A stretch of 51,702 nt of DNA from an uncultured Muribaculaceae bacterium. Lineage in GTDB: Bacteria > Bacillota_I > Bacilli_A > RF39 > UBA660. The translations under genes and the position numbers were made by a program. The stretch's first letter is position 1. Each line of letters begins with the position of its first letter. Location: contig CAZLNV010000001.1 in NCBI GenBank assembly GCA_964561095.1, positions 1 to 51,702 of the forward strand. The letters are read 5' to 3'. Positions 8,430 to 17,802 of this stretch are shown here, in pieces. The notes under the pieces are model-generated. The model was not told where the DNA came from. It did not search any database and was given only the letters and a program-made list of their open reading frames with translations.

Positions 8430-8458
8430 TTGATTTTTAGCTTAAATTGTAGTATTAT
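8430..8458 (+). promoter_or_regulatory. Sigma-A type promoter for typA
   Basis: TTGATT, a 17-nt spacer, then TATTAT, about 20 nt upstream of the start codon. Confidence 0.5.
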
Positions 8459-8478
8459 CATTTGGTATTTAAAAGGGG

Positions 8479-10293
8479 ATGAAGCAAGTGGAAAAAATCA
8501 TAAACTTTGCGGTAGTAGCGCACGTTGATGCTGGAAAAAGCACATTAGTTGACGCATTATTAAAACAAAACAATGTATTTAGGGATAACGAAGAAGTTGT
8601 AGATTGTGTGATGGACAGCGGAGACTTAGAGCGTGAAAGAGGCATCACTATCACAGCTAAAAATTGTTCTATAAGATATAAAGATTATAAAATGAATATA
8701 GTAGATACTCCCGGTCATGCTGATTTTTCAAGTGAAATTGAAAGAATTATTAAAACAGTTGATACTGTTGTTCTTTTGGTTGACTCAGCTGAAGGACCAA
8801 TGCCCCAAACTAGATTTGTATTAAAAGAAGCATTAAAGAATAACTTAAGACCTATTTTATTTATAAATAAAATAGATAAAAAAGATGCTAGAGTTGATGA
8901 AGTTATCAATATGACCTTTGATTTGTTTTGTGAATTAGGAGCTACCGATGAACAACTAGATTTTCCAATTATTTATGGAACTGCGAGAGAAGGAATTGCT
9001 AAATATGAGATGGAAGATGAAAGCAATTCAATTGAACCTTTACTTGAAACAATTTTAAAACAGGTTGAACCTTATAAAGGTAGCGAATCTGATAATTTGC
9101 AGTTACAAATTTCTTCGCTTGATTATGACCCGTTCATTGGTAGACTTGGAATTGGAAGAGTAACAAAAGGCGCAATAAAAAATAATGAAATGGTAACCTT
9201 AGTCAAAAACAATGGTACTATTGAGAGTTTTAGGGTGACTAAAATATATGTATATGAAGGAATTAAAAGAAAAGAAACAAATATTGCATATTATGGAGAC
9301 ATAGTTGTATTATCAGGATGTCCCGATATCTCAATTGGCGACACTATTTGCACAAAAGATATAATTGATCCGCTTCCTAGAATTGAAATAGAAAAACCTA
9401 CAATGAGCATGAATGTTCTTGTCAATAATTCTCCTTTTGCTGGTAAAAGTGGTAAATATGTAACTAGCAGACATTTAAGAGATAGATTACTTGCTGAACT
9501 TGAACGTAATGTTGGACTTGAAGTTGAAGATTTACCTGATGGTGATGGCTTTAAAGTATCTGGTAGAGGTGAATTACATTTATCTATATTACTTGAAAAT
9601 ATGAGAAGAGAAGGTTATGAAATGGGTGTTTCAAAACCTGAAGTTATATTTATTGAAAAAGATGGAATTAAGACTGAACCATATGAGAGAGTAATTGTTA
9701 GTTTACCGGATGAATTTTCTGGAACAATTATAAATGATATGAATGAAAGGAAAGCCTCATTAGAGTTAATATGCCCTGATTCAGATGGTTATACTAAATT
9801 AGAATTTTTAGCTCCTACTCGTAGTTTAATTGGTTATAGAAACACATTTATAACAAATACTAAAGGTATGGGAACGATGGTAAAGAGTTTTGATTCATAC
9901 AAACCTTATGCAGGAGCTTTATCAAAACGTAAAAATGGTGTTCTTGTTTCTATGGAAAATGGTACTACATTTGCATATTCATTATGGAATCTTGGCGATA
10001 GAGGAATTATGATAGTGAAACCTGCTACAGAGGTTTATAAAGGAATGATAATTGGTATAAACAATAGAGATAATGATTTGGATGTTAATCCTTGTAAAAA
10101 TAAAGAAATGTCAAATACAAGAAGTAGTGGAGCTGATGAAGCTTTGACTTTAACGCCGCCAAAAACCTTTACTTTAGAAGAAGCATTGGAGTTTATTGAA
10201 GAAGATGAGTTAGTGGAAATAACTCCAGATGACATTAGACTTAGAAAAAAAATATTGGATTCAAAAGAAAGGTTTAGACATTATAATAAATAG
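8479..10293 (+). CDS. typA: Translational GTPase TypA/BipA
   Basis: G motifs [18 protein letters not shown] and NKIDK, with EF-G-like domains and the characteristic BipA C-terminal domain. The GTG at 8488 is an alternative start. Confidence 0.92.
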   Translation: MKQVEKIINFAVVAHVDAGKSTLVDALLKQNNVFRDNEEVVDCVMDSGDLERERGITITAKNCSIRYKDYKMNIVDTPGHADFSSEIERIIKTVDTVVLLVDSAEGPMPQTRFVLKEALKNNLRPILFINKIDKKDARVDEVINMTFDLFCELGATDEQLDFPIIYGTAREGIAKYEMEDESNSIEPLLETILKQVEPYKGSESDNLQLQISSLDYDPFIGRLGIGRVTKGAIKNNEMVTLVKNNGTIESFRVTKIYVYEGIKRKETNIAYYGDIVVLSGCPDISIGDTICTKDIIDPLPRIEIEKPTMSMNVLVNNSPFAGKSGKYVTSRHLRDRLLAELERNVGLEVEDLPDGDGFKVSGRGELHLSILLENMRREGYEMGVSKPEVIFIEKDGIKTEPYERVIVSLPDEFSGTIINDMNERKASLELICPDSDGYTKLEFLAPTRSLIGYRNTFITNTKGMGTMVKSFDSYKPYAGALSKRKNGVLVSMENGTTFAYSLWNLGDRGIMIVKPATEVYKGMIIGINNRDNDLDVNPCKNKEMSNTRSSGADEALTLTPPKTFTLEEALEFIEEDELVEITPDDIRLRKKILDSKERFRHYNK

Positions 10294-10302
10294 TGGGTAT
10301 TT

Positions 10303-11307
10303 ATGAAAAGAAAAGTATTGAATGAGGTAATTGTAATAGTTGCGACTGGAGTAATATTATATTTCTTGTTAAGAGATAATTTTCATGCATCTCTTTTAGT
10401 TATAAAAAATATTAATATTTTATTATTTGCTTTAGCAATATTACTTTATATAGCAGTGTTTTCACTAGAAGCTCTTGTTTCTATGAAACTTGTAAAAGAG
10501 TATAAAAAAGATTATTCTTTTAAAGAAGCATTTAAGTTATCTTTGATTACAAGATTTTTTAATGGAATAACTCCTTTTTCAACGGGCGGAAGACCACTGC
10601 AAGTTTATGAACTTAAAAAAAATGGTGTTAGAATACTTGATGGAACTAATGTAATTGTTCAAAATTTTATGATATTTCAAATATCTTTAATATTATTTTC
10701 TACATTAACATTTATAATAAATGCTATATTTGGTTTTTTTTCTCTAGATGGTTTTTTATATAAAATGACAATATTAGGATTTGTTATAAATGTTATTATT
10801 TTAGTTGTAGCTTTAATCTTTAGTATTAGTAAAAATATAAATAAAAAGATAATTAATGGTATTATTAATGCCGGAGTTAAAATTAGATTAATAAAGGACA
10901 AAGAAAAATATTACAAAAAATATGATGCTTTATGTAATGACTATTATAATGCTTTTAATGATTTTAAACATAAAGATAAATTAATATTATCTACGATTGG
11001 AATTCAATTAATATCACTTGTTGTATTTTATTCAATAGTGATATGTGTGTTTGCTTCTTTAAAAGCACCTATTCATAATATAATTCCTATGATAATAGGT
11101 TCAAACTTTGTGTTTTTAGCAGGATCTTATGTACCTATTCCCGGAGGAACTGGAGGAATCGAATATGCCTTTTTAGGATATTTTGGTTCATTTGTAAGCG
11201 GAGGATTATTATCTTCAATATTAATTATATGGAGATTTGCAACTTATTATTTTCCAACGCTTGCTGGAGGAATTGCCTTCAACATTAGAAGAAAAAAAGA
11301 AAAATAA
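10303..11307 (+). CDS. Flippase-like membrane protein (UPF0104 / LPG_synthase_TM family)
   Basis: About 8 predicted TM helices and the family motif PIPGGTGGIEYAF. It is tightly packed between typA and metG. Confidence 0.65.
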   Translation: MKRKVLNEVIVIVATGVILYFLLRDNFHASLLVIKNINILLFALAILLYIAVFSLEALVSMKLVKEYKKDYSFKEAFKLSLITRFFNGITPFSTGGRPLQVYELKKNGVRILDGTNVIVQNFMIFQISLILFSTLTFIINAIFGFFSLDGFLYKMTILGFVINVIILVVALIFSISKNINKKIINGIINAGVKIRLIKDKEKYYKKYDALCNDYYNAFNDFKHKDKLILSTIGIQLISLVVFYSIVICVFASLKAPIHNIIPMIIGSNFVFLAGSYVPIPGGTGGIEYAFLGYFGSFVSGGLLSSILIIWRFATYYFPTLAGGIAFNIRRKKEK

Positions 11308-11335
11308 ATGATATAATAAAAAAGAGGTGAATAAA

Positions 11336-12907
11336 ATGAATAAGAAGTTTTATATAACTACACCAATATACTATCCAAGCGGAAAGTTTCATATTGGCAC
11401 AGCTTATACCACTATTTTAGCTGATGCATTGGCCAGATATTATCGTCTTCAATCATACGATGTTAGATTTTTAACTGGATTAGATGAACATGGTCAAAAA
11501 ATACAAATAAAAGCGGAAGCAGCTGGTATTAGTCCTCAACAATACGTTGATAAGATTTCACGCGATGCAAAAAAATTGTGGAAAGATTTGAATATAACAA
11601 ACGATAATTTTATTAGAACTACCGATAAAAGGCATATTGATTCCGTTCTAAGGGCATATAACATTTTATTTGAAAATGGAGACATTTATAAAGGAAAATA
11701 TGCAGGAAAATATTGCATCCCGTGTGAAACTTTTTTTACTGAGAGTCAAATTATTGATGGTAAGTGCCCTAATTGTGGTAGAGAACTAAATGAAGTGGAA
11801 GAAGAAGCGTACTTTTTCAATATGAAAAAGTATGAAAATAGATTAAAAGATTTTTATAAAAATAATCCAAATTTTTTACAACCGGAGTCAAAGAAAAATG
11901 AAATTATGGGCAGTTTTTTAAATGAGGGATTAGAAGATTTATGCATTTCAAGGACAACATTTGAATGGGGAATAAAAGTACCTAATGATCCAAAACACGT
12001 AATGTATGTGTGGTTAGATGCTTTACTTAATTATGTTACAGCATTAGGATATTTATCTGATGACGAAACTTTATTGAAAACTTATTGGCCAGCAGATATT
12101 CAAATTATAGGAAAAGATATTTTAAGATTTCACGCTATTTATTGGCCTATATTTTTAATGGCATTAGGTTTAGAACTTCCTAAAAAAATATTTGTTCACG
12201 ATTTTATAATGATGAAAGACGGGAAAATGAGCAAATCAAAAGGGAATGTGATATACCCTGATATACTTTCTGATGTTTATGGAGTAGATGCTGTTAGATA
12301 TTGTATTTTGAGGGCTCTTCCATATGGACAAGACGGAGAGTTTACACCAGAATATTTTGTTGAAAAATATAATGGCGATTTATGCAATGATTTAGGCAAT
12401 CTTTTAAATAGAACAATTGCTATGATAAATAAATACCATAATGGATATATTGAAATTAGTGAATGCGAAACTTTAATTGATAAAGAACTAAAATCAAATG
12501 TAAAAGAAGAAATTTCTAATTATGAAAAGGCGATGGAAAATATAAATATACAAAGCGCTTTGTCTAGCATAATGAGTATAGTTTCTAAAAGCAATAAGTA
12601 TATTGATGATACAACACCTTGGAGTTTATATAGCAATGAGAAAACAGAAGAATTAAAAACTGTTATGTATAATTTATATAATAATTTAAGAATAGTTGGC
12701 ATACTATTTAGTCCGTTTATACCAGAAACTTCCGATGAAATATTTAGACAATTGAATTTATCAAAAGATCAAATAAAGTATGAAACTTTATATAGTAAAA
12801 TAAATATAGAAGGAAATAAGGTAATTGAAAAAGGAATCCCTTTATTTAATAGACTTGATGCTACTATAGAAATACCAAAGTTACAAGAACTAATGAAAAC
12901 CAAATAA
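11336..12907 (+). CDS. metG: Methionyl-tRNA synthetase, short form without the C-terminal tRNA-binding appendix
   Basis: HIGH motif (FHIGTAYT), KMSKS motif, and a CPxC...CPNC zinc knuckle. The start is moved to the ATG behind an AGAGG RBS. Confidence 0.92.
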   Translation: MNKKFYITTPIYYPSGKFHIGTAYTTILADALARYYRLQSYDVRFLTGLDEHGQKIQIKAEAAGISPQQYVDKISRDAKKLWKDLNITNDNFIRTTDKRHIDSVLRAYNILFENGDIYKGKYAGKYCIPCETFFTESQIIDGKCPNCGRELNEVEEEAYFFNMKKYENRLKDFYKNNPNFLQPESKKNEIMGSFLNEGLEDLCISRTTFEWGIKVPNDPKHVMYVWLDALLNYVTALGYLSDDETLLKTYWPADIQIIGKDILRFHAIYWPIFLMALGLELPKKIFVHDFIMMKDGKMSKSKGNVIYPDILSDVYGVDAVRYCILRALPYGQDGEFTPEYFVEKYNGDLCNDLGNLLNRTIAMINKYHNGYIEISECETLIDKELKSNVKEEISNYEKAMENINIQSALSSIMSIVSKSNKYIDDTTPWSLYSNEKTEELKTVMYNLYNNLRIVGILFSPFIPETSDEIFRQLNLSKDQIKYETLYSKINIEGNKVIEKGIPLFNRLDATIEIPKLQELMKTK

Positions 12908-12919
12908 TTTTATTTGGTT
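12898..12919. terminator. Bidirectional hairpin overlapping the convergent stop codons of metG and the YgjV-like gene
   Basis: aaccaaata / tatttggtt stem with a 4-nt loop, and a T-run on the plus strand. Confidence 0.45.
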
Positions 12920-13437
12920 TTTCTATATCTAAAAATTGATACTATACCAGAAGATAATTCAAATATATTTCCTAAAAGAGATGCATACGCGCCAACTGAA
13001 AAATTATAAATCATCCAAAGAAGTGCTGAAACGGTAAATACATATCTAATTACTTTCATGTTATTCTTCCAAGTTGAAAATGTATATAATAAAGTAATTG
13101 CGATAGGAATTAGATTAATAAATATTGCCAAAGCACCAATAACGTTTTTATCAAATCTTGATAAACCAACCGCTAATATTAGAATTGTAAATATTATCAA
13201 TGAATAAACCGGAATATTTTTATCATTTTTATTATATCTATAAAATGTTGTAAGTCTTGCTACAGAAACAAAATTCATTAAAGCTGCAACATAAACACCC
13301 AAAAGCATATATTGTACAGCGTAAAATATATTGGCTATTATTTGAAATTTTAATAATTTTTCTTTATTACTTTGTTGAACACTTAATATATAAAAAATAA
13401 AAGCAATAATTCCAACAACAAAAGCTACGATTTTCAT
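12910..13437 (-). CDS. Small polytopic inner-membrane protein, YgjV-like
   Basis: 175 aa with about 5 TM helices. Its size and pattern are reminiscent of the YgjV family. The family assignment is from memory only. Confidence 0.4.
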   Translation of the reverse strand: MKIVAFVVGIIAFIFYILSVQQSNKEKLLKFQIIANIFYAVQYMLLGVYVAALMNFVSVARLTTFYRYNKNDKNIPVYSLIIFTILILAVGLSRFDKNVIGALAIFINLIPIAITLLYTFSTWKNNMKVIRYVFTVSALLWMIYNFSVGAYASLLGNIFELSSGIVSIFRYRKTK

Positions 13438-13500
13438 ATATTCACCTATAATGATTATATAACATTTTTTAAAATAATAAATAATAAAAAATTATAATGT

Positions 13501-13527
13501 AAAGAAAAAAGTTGCTTAACGCAACTT
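13501..13527 (-). terminator. Rho-independent terminator of hsp20
   Basis: On the minus strand, aagttgc-gttaa-gcaactt followed by a T-run, directly after the stop codon. Confidence 0.65.
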
Positions 13528-13918
13528 ATTCTATTTCTATTTTTCTTTTAGTATTTTTTTCTTCAAGAACTGGTACAGTAACTTTTAAAACGCCGTTGTT
13601 AAATTCAGCTTTTACATTGCTTTCATCAACATTTCCAACATAAAATTGTCTTCTTACTTTACCATAAGTTCTTTCTTTTCGAATGTATTTCTTTTCTTTT
13701 TCTTCGGTTTTACTATCTTTTTGTGCTTCAATAGTTAAATAACCATTTTCACATTCAATAGAAATATCTTTTTTATCAAAGCCAGGAACGTCCATTTCAA
13801 CATGATATTTACCATTATCTTCATAAATGTCACATTTCATCATTCCAAAGTTATTATCTTCTTTGATAAAATCATCGAAAAAATTGTCTAAATAGAATTT
13901 ACTTGGTAATAAACTCAT
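13526..13918 (-). CDS. Small heat-shock protein, Hsp20/alpha-crystallin family
   Basis: Alpha-crystallin domain (DIYEDNGKYHVEMDVPGFDKKDISIE...GVLKVTVPV). The start is moved to MSLLPSKF, behind an AGGAGGG RBS. Confidence 0.88.
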   Translation of the reverse strand: MSLLPSKFYLDNFFDDFIKEDNNFGMMKCDIYEDNGKYHVEMDVPGFDKKDISIECENGYLTIEAQKDSKTEEKEKKYIRKERTYGKVRRQFYVGNVDESNVKAEFNNGVLKVTVPVLEEKNTKRKIEIE

Positions 13919-13940
13919 TTCACATCCCTCCTTCATTATT

Positions 13941-13969
13941 AATATATCGCAATTTTTAGCACTTGTCAA
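13941..13969 (-). promoter_or_regulatory. Sigma-A promoter of hsp20 overlapping the CIRCE operator
   Basis: On the minus strand, TTGACA (13969-13964), a 17-nt spacer, then TATATT (13946-13941). The -35 element lies in the CIRCE spacer. Confidence 0.55.
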
Positions 13970-13982
13970 TAGAGAGTGCTAA
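13956..13982. promoter_or_regulatory. CIRCE element (HrcA operator)
   Basis: TTAGCACTT-N9-GAGTGCTAA against the consensus TTAGCACTC-N9-GAGTGCTAA, matching 17 of 18 arm positions with exact 9-nt spacing. Confidence 0.8.
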
Positions 13983-13987
13983 AATAA

Positions 13988-14224
13988 TTAAAATTTTAAA
14001 AATTCAGTTATATCTACTTCTAAAATGTCAGCGATTAAAGCTAGCGTCTCAATTGAAATTGAAGCTTCCACATTCTTTGCTTCTAAATTTTTAAGATACC
14101 CATAAGATAAGTTACATTTTTGTGCTAACTCAAGACCGGTAAGACCTTTTTCTTTTCTTATCCTTTTTATATTTTGCCCAATTACTGAATAAATATTAGT
14201 TTTCTTTTTTTTATTATTTTCCAT
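13988..14224 (-). CDS. XRE-family helix-turn-helix transcriptional regulator
   Basis: 78 aa with an HTH_3 pattern, IKRIRKEKGLTGLELAQKCNLSYGYLKNLE. Confidence 0.8.
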   Translation of the reverse strand: MENNKKKKTNIYSVIGQNIKRIRKEKGLTGLELAQKCNLSYGYLKNLEAKNVEASISIETLALIADILEVDITEFLKF

Positions 14225-14268
14225 ATATACCTACTATTTTTATTTTCTCACAAAACACGTTTAATAAA

Positions 14269-14287
14269 AGTCATACAATGTATGACT
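14269..14287. promoter_or_regulatory. Perfect 19-bp palindrome, a candidate operator of the XRE regulator
   Basis: agtcataca-a-tgtatgact, located 45 nt upstream of the XRE start in the divergent intergenic region. Confidence 0.4.
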
Positions 14288-14345
14288 AAATATAGTTAAA
14301 AATTATAATATAAAATAGTGAAATTTATTTAAAATAAACAATAAA

Positions 14346-14374
14346 TTGACATTATTAAACTTTAAGTGTATCAT
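14346..14374 (+). promoter_or_regulatory. Sigma-A type promoter for the 14406 membrane-protein gene
   Basis: TTGACA, a 17-nt spacer, then TATCAT, about 30 nt upstream of the GGAGGTG RBS. Confidence 0.5.
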
Positions 14375-14405
14375 TTAAGTGACAAATGCTTGGAGGTGAT
14401 TTTTG

Positions 14406-15500
14406 ATGTCTAAAAAGGATAAGTATTTAAATGATCTTAATAATACTTTGGATAATTATAAATACAAAAAAGACATTGTAGATAAATATGACTCCTTAAT
14501 AGAAAAAAAATTATCTGAAGGGCAAAAGATTACTGAAATAATTAAAGAGTTAGGTAGTGCAAAAGACATTCGCAATAAAGAAGTCACTACTTACAGGGTT
14601 ACAGAAAAAATTAAAAATATAAAAAATAAAATAAAAGATAAAAGTAAAAAAGTACTAACTTCTACTAAGAAATTTTTAAGAAACAGAAGTAAAAAAATAG
14701 AATTTAAAAATAAATTAAATAAGTTTAAAAATAAATTTAAATTTAAAAAGAATAAGAAAAAACCAGTTAAAAAGAATAGAGATAATATTCTTAATAAAAC
14801 TAAAAAAGTGGTATTAGCAAAAAAGGTAAAGTCTAAATATAGCTTATTAATTTTTATTGTTCAAGTATTACTATTTATACTTTTATTTTATGTTTTAGTA
14901 ATTTTTATGGCTTCTTTATTTGCTATTCTAGATGGTATAAAATTTTACGGTTTATCTATATTTTTATTCGGGTTATCTTTATTTATATATTTAATATTAA
15001 GTTATTTGGATAGGAAAAAATATTGTATAGATGTTAATTCTAGATTTTATTTTATATCATTTGTATTAACTTTATTAATATTAGCTTTAGGAGTTGGATA
15101 TACAACTTATAATTATTTTGATGTAGATTATGTATCCGATTTGAGTGAAAAATATTCTTTTGTGACCCAAATATTAGAATATAGGGTTTCTAATGAAAAA
15201 GATTTGCATATTTATTTTAATAGTTGGTATAAAAATTATTATTTAATACAAATAGATGATAGATTAGATGATAAAGTAAAAGTAGAAATAAAGTATTATG
15301 AGGCATTTTATGATTTACATCATAAAATTGAAAATGGAAATATGTATATATCTCTTTCTTGTGATTCAAAAGATATAGTAAGTCTATATCTAAATAATTT
15401 AAAAGAAAATAAAATTTATAATGAAAAAGAGCTTAGCAGATATTTAATAAGAATTTATGTTAGTGAAAAGAATGCAAAAAAACTAATTATTCATAATTAG
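14406..15500 (+). CDS. Membrane protein with an N-terminal DUF1700/HAAS-like helical domain, a Lys-rich linker, TM helices and an extracytoplasmic domain
   Basis: The N-terminus, KYLNDLNNTLDNY...IVDKYDSLIEKKLSEGQKITEIIKELGSAKDI, follows the DUF1700 pattern. It is followed by a roughly 80-aa K/N-rich low-complexity region and then 4 TM segments. Confidence 0.5.
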   Translation: MSKKDKYLNDLNNTLDNYKYKKDIVDKYDSLIEKKLSEGQKITEIIKELGSAKDIRNKEVTTYRVTEKIKNIKNKIKDKSKKVLTSTKKFLRNRSKKIEFKNKLNKFKNKFKFKKNKKKPVKKNRDNILNKTKKVVLAKKVKSKYSLLIFIVQVLLFILLFYVLVIFMASLFAILDGIKFYGLSIFLFGLSLFIYLILSYLDRKKYCIDVNSRFYFISFVLTLLILALGVGYTTYNYFDVDYVSDLSEKYSFVTQILEYRVSNEKDLHIYFNSWYKNYYLIQIDDRLDDKVKVEIKYYEAFYDLHHKIENGNMYISLSCDSKDIVSLYLNNLKENKIYNEKELSRYLIRIYVSEKNAKKLIIHN

Positions 15501-15868
15501 TTTTTTAATTTGTTAATTTCTTCATTTATTTTAGAAAAAGATTTATTAAATAAATTTATGCATTCTTTGTATGAACTAGGGTTTGTAGACTTTAACACTT
15601 CCATTAAAGTTTTGATATCATAAACAAGCGGGTTATAAATGGATTTTACTTCTTTAGAATTTATATTAATAATAGGTGGATTTGTTCTACTTTGAATAAT
15701 ATTTTGACTAGTAGCATTTGTTACCAATTCTTGCGCTATTAACATAAGCCAATTCCCAAGAGCCATTTGTTCTTGGGATGTTAAATCTCCAACCAATGCA
15801 ATTCCTATTATTGAGCATATAGTTGTAGAAACAATAGGATTGGTTTGAAATAAATCTTTTTCCTTCAT
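15497..15868 (-). CDS. Hypothetical small protein
   Basis: 123-aa ORF with a weak RBS and coding-like composition. I could not assign a confident family. Confidence 0.4.
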   Translation of the reverse strand: MKEKDLFQTNPIVSTTICSIIGIALVGDLTSQEQMALGNWLMLIAQELVTNATSQNIIQSRTNPPIININSKEVKSIYNPLVYDIKTLMEVLKSTNPSSYKECINLFNKSFSKINEEINKLKN

Positions 15869-15948
15869 AATAAAATTTTATGTAAATCATTACTTTTTTA
15901 TAAAGAAATAATTAAATATGTTGTATAATAGTATTTAAGGAGGACAAT

Positions 15949-16488
15949 ATGGAGTTAAAAGGAAGTAAAACGGAGGCTAATCTACTTGCGGCATTTGCTG
16001 GGGAATCTCAAGCAAGGAACAAATATGATTATTATGCTAGCAAAGCAAGAAAAGATGGTTATGAACAAATCGGTTCAATATTTGAACAGACAGCATTAAA
16101 TGAAAAAGAGCACGCTAAATTATGGTTTAAGTGGCTTCATGATGGTGACGTTCCTTCAACAGAAGTTAATTTGTTAGACGCCGCTAATGGTGAAAACTAT
16201 GAATGGACTGAAATGTATAGAGGATTTGCAAAAACTGCTAAAGAAGAAGGATTTGATGAAATAGCTAAATTATTTGAAGGAGTGGCCAACATAGAAAAAG
16301 AGCATGAAGAAAGATATGTAACTCTTTTAAATAAAGTAAAGAATAGTTTGGTTTTCGTAAGTGAAGAAGAGACTATATGGATATGCAGAAATTGTGGACA
16401 TGTATATAGAGCAAAAGAAGCTTTAGAAATTTGTCCAGTATGTGCTCATCCTAAATCGTTTATGGAAAGAAAAGCAAGAAATTATTAA
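15949..16488 (+). CDS. rbr: Rubrerythrin
   Basis: N-terminal ferritin-like diiron domain ([25 protein letters not shown]) plus a C-terminal rubredoxin-type CRNCGH...CPVCAHP. An AAGGAGG RBS is present. Confidence 0.92.
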   Translation: MELKGSKTEANLLAAFAGESQARNKYDYYASKARKDGYEQIGSIFEQTALNEKEHAKLWFKWLHDGDVPSTEVNLLDAANGENYEWTEMYRGFAKTAKEEGFDEIAKLFEGVANIEKEHEERYVTLLNKVKNSLVFVSEEETIWICRNCGHVYRAKEALEICPVCAHPKSFMERKARNY

Positions 16489-16495
16489 ACAAAAA

Positions 16496-16523
16496 AAGTC
16501 ATTTTATTCAAATGACTTTTTTT
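16496..16523 (+). terminator. Rho-independent terminator of rbr
   Basis: aagtcattt / aaatgactt stem followed by a T7 run. Confidence 0.7.
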
Positions 16524-16621
16524 AGTGTTTTGAAAACACTTGCGAATATTTATCCCTTACGGGATATAAGTATTATATGCTAAAATTCAAAAATAGTAAA
16601 GAAAAATAGTGTATTTTAAAT

Positions 16622-16648
16622 TTAAAATAAAAAACCCTAAAAGGGTTT
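16622..16648 (-). terminator. Terminator downstream of tRNA-Asn
   Basis: aaaccct / agggttt hairpin followed by a T-rich run on the minus strand. Confidence 0.55.
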
Positions 16649-16658
16649 AATATACTAA

Positions 16659-16734
16659 TGGCGCCTGATATACGACTCGAACGTACGACCCAACGGTTAA
16701 CAGCCGTTTGCTCTACCGACTGAGCTAATCAGGC
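16659..16734 (-). tRNA. tRNA-Asn (anticodon GTT)
   Basis: Manual fold: acceptor GCCTGAT/ATCAGGC, D-arm GCTC-AGTCGGTA-GAGC, anticodon stem AACGG/CCGTT with loop CTGTTAA, T-loop TTCGAGT, encoded GCCA. Confidence 0.9.
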
Positions 16735-16746
16735 ACTTCAGATAGT

Positions 16747-16775
16747 ATTATAGTAAAAGTAGTTGATTTTGTCAA
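16747..16775 (-). promoter_or_regulatory. Consensus sigma-A promoter for tRNA-Asn
   Basis: On the minus strand, TTGACA, a 17-nt spacer, then TATAAT, which matches the consensus at 12 of 12 positions. It ends 12 nt before the mature 5' end. Confidence 0.7.
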
Positions 16776-16794
16776 CCAAAATTACAAAAAAACT

Positions 16795-16823
16795 TTTACA
16801 ATAAGATTGTTAAATGCTATAAT
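16795..16823 (+). promoter_or_regulatory. Sigma-A promoter for the Clp-D1-like gene
   Basis: TTTACA, a 17-nt spacer, then TATAAT with an extended -10 TG (TGcTATAAT). Confidence 0.6.
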
Positions 16824-16851
16824 TTATATGTAATAAAATAAAGAGGGAAAT

Positions 16852-17802
16852 ATGAATGAAGAGATTGAAATATTAGATATTCCTAAGAAGGTAAGTATTC
16901 TTGATACATATGGTGAAAATCTTTCTAGAAAAGAATATATAACAAATCCCGCAATAGGAAGAGATAAGGAAATAGAAGAAACTCTATTAATTTTATTAAC
17001 TCCTGAAAAAAGTGCCTTATTAGTTGGTAAACCTGGTATTGGTAAAACAGCTATAGTTGAAGGTATTGGATATCAAATGCAACATGGCGTTATGCCGGAT
17101 GCATTAAAAAATTTTGAATTAATTAAAATAAATATTTCTAGTTTGTTAGGTACCTCTGTTAGTGAAGGACAAAATGAAAATAGATTACAACTTTTAGTTG
17201 ATGAGTTAAAAGAAAAGAAAAATATTATTCTATTTATAGATGAAGTACATCTACTTGTAAGTAGAAACACTAGCAATTTAAATGTAGACTTTGCTAATAT
17301 GTTAAAACCGGGCCTTGATAGAGGTGAAATTAAGATGATAGGTGCAACCACTACGGAAGAATATGAAGCATATATTTTAAGAGATAGGGCATTTTTAAGA
17401 AGATTTCAAAGAGTAGATGTTAATGAACCTTCGATAGAAGATACTGTTAAAATACTTTTTGGTACTTGCCCAAAATTTGAAAAGAAAACAGGAGTAAAAG
17501 TACCATATACGGATTTCCAAAAAGAAAAAATATTTAGATTCTTAGTAAATATGACGGATGAGTATAAAAGAGTATATGAAATAGGTAATAGATATCCCGA
17601 CATTGCTTTAACCCTTTTAACGAATGCATTTTCTATGGCTTTATTTGAAAATTCTAAAGAGTTAAGAATTAAACATATCTATAAAGCAATTTGTAGAACC
17701 AAAGCTGTATATGATGACTCGAAAATAAAAGAAATAGAAATATTTAGAGAACAATTTAAAGATTTAATTAATGAAGAAAATTTAGATTTAAATGATAGAT
17801 AG
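16852..17802 (+). CDS. Stand-alone AAA+ ATPase homologous to the D1 (NBD1) module of ClpA/ClpB/ClpC
   Basis: Collinear with Clp D1: LDTYGENLS...NPAIGRDKEIEE, Walker A GKPGIGKTAIVEG, Walker B ILFIDEVH, KPGLDRGEIKMIGATT, and RRFQRVDVNEPS. There is no N-domain, M-domain or D2. Confidence 0.8.
   Translation: MNEEIEILDIPKKVSILDTYGENLSRKEYITNPAIGRDKEIEETLLILLTPEKSALLVGKPGIGKTAIVEGIGYQMQHGVMPDALKNFELIKINISSLLGTSVSEGQNENRLQLLVDELKEKKNIILFIDEVHLLVSRNTSNLNVDFANMLKPGLDRGEIKMIGATTTEEYEAYILRDRAFLRRFQRVDVNEPSIEDTVKILFGTCPKFEKKTGVKVPYTDFQKEKIFRFLVNMTDEYKRVYEIGNRYPDIALTLLTNAFSMALFENSKELRIKHIYKAICRTKAVYDDSKIKEIEIFREQFKDLINEENLDLNDR

Noticed and set aside
11308-11335. I looked for a T-box leader or riboswitch upstream of metG. 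I did the same upstream of asnB, prs and ligA.
   Set aside because: The intergenic spaces are only about 20-100 nt, too short for T-box or riboswitch structures, and no specifier or T-box motifs are visible. metG appears co-transcribed with typA and the flippase-like gene.
14590-14830. A highly repetitive A-rich stretch that at first glance resembles a tandem repeat or array.
   Set aside because: It is in frame within the 14406 ORF and encodes a Lys/Asn-rich low-complexity linker. It has no regular repeat-spacer periodicity, so it is not a CRISPR array or minisatellite.
16524-16566. Two extra palindromes, agtgtttt-g-aaaacact and tatccc-ttac-gggata, after the rubrerythrin terminator. I considered them as PerR/Fur/Rex-type operators.
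   Set aside because: They lie downstream of both convergent transcription units (rbr and tRNA-Asn), not in a promoter. They match no operator consensus I know. They are most simply additional terminator or insulator hairpins.
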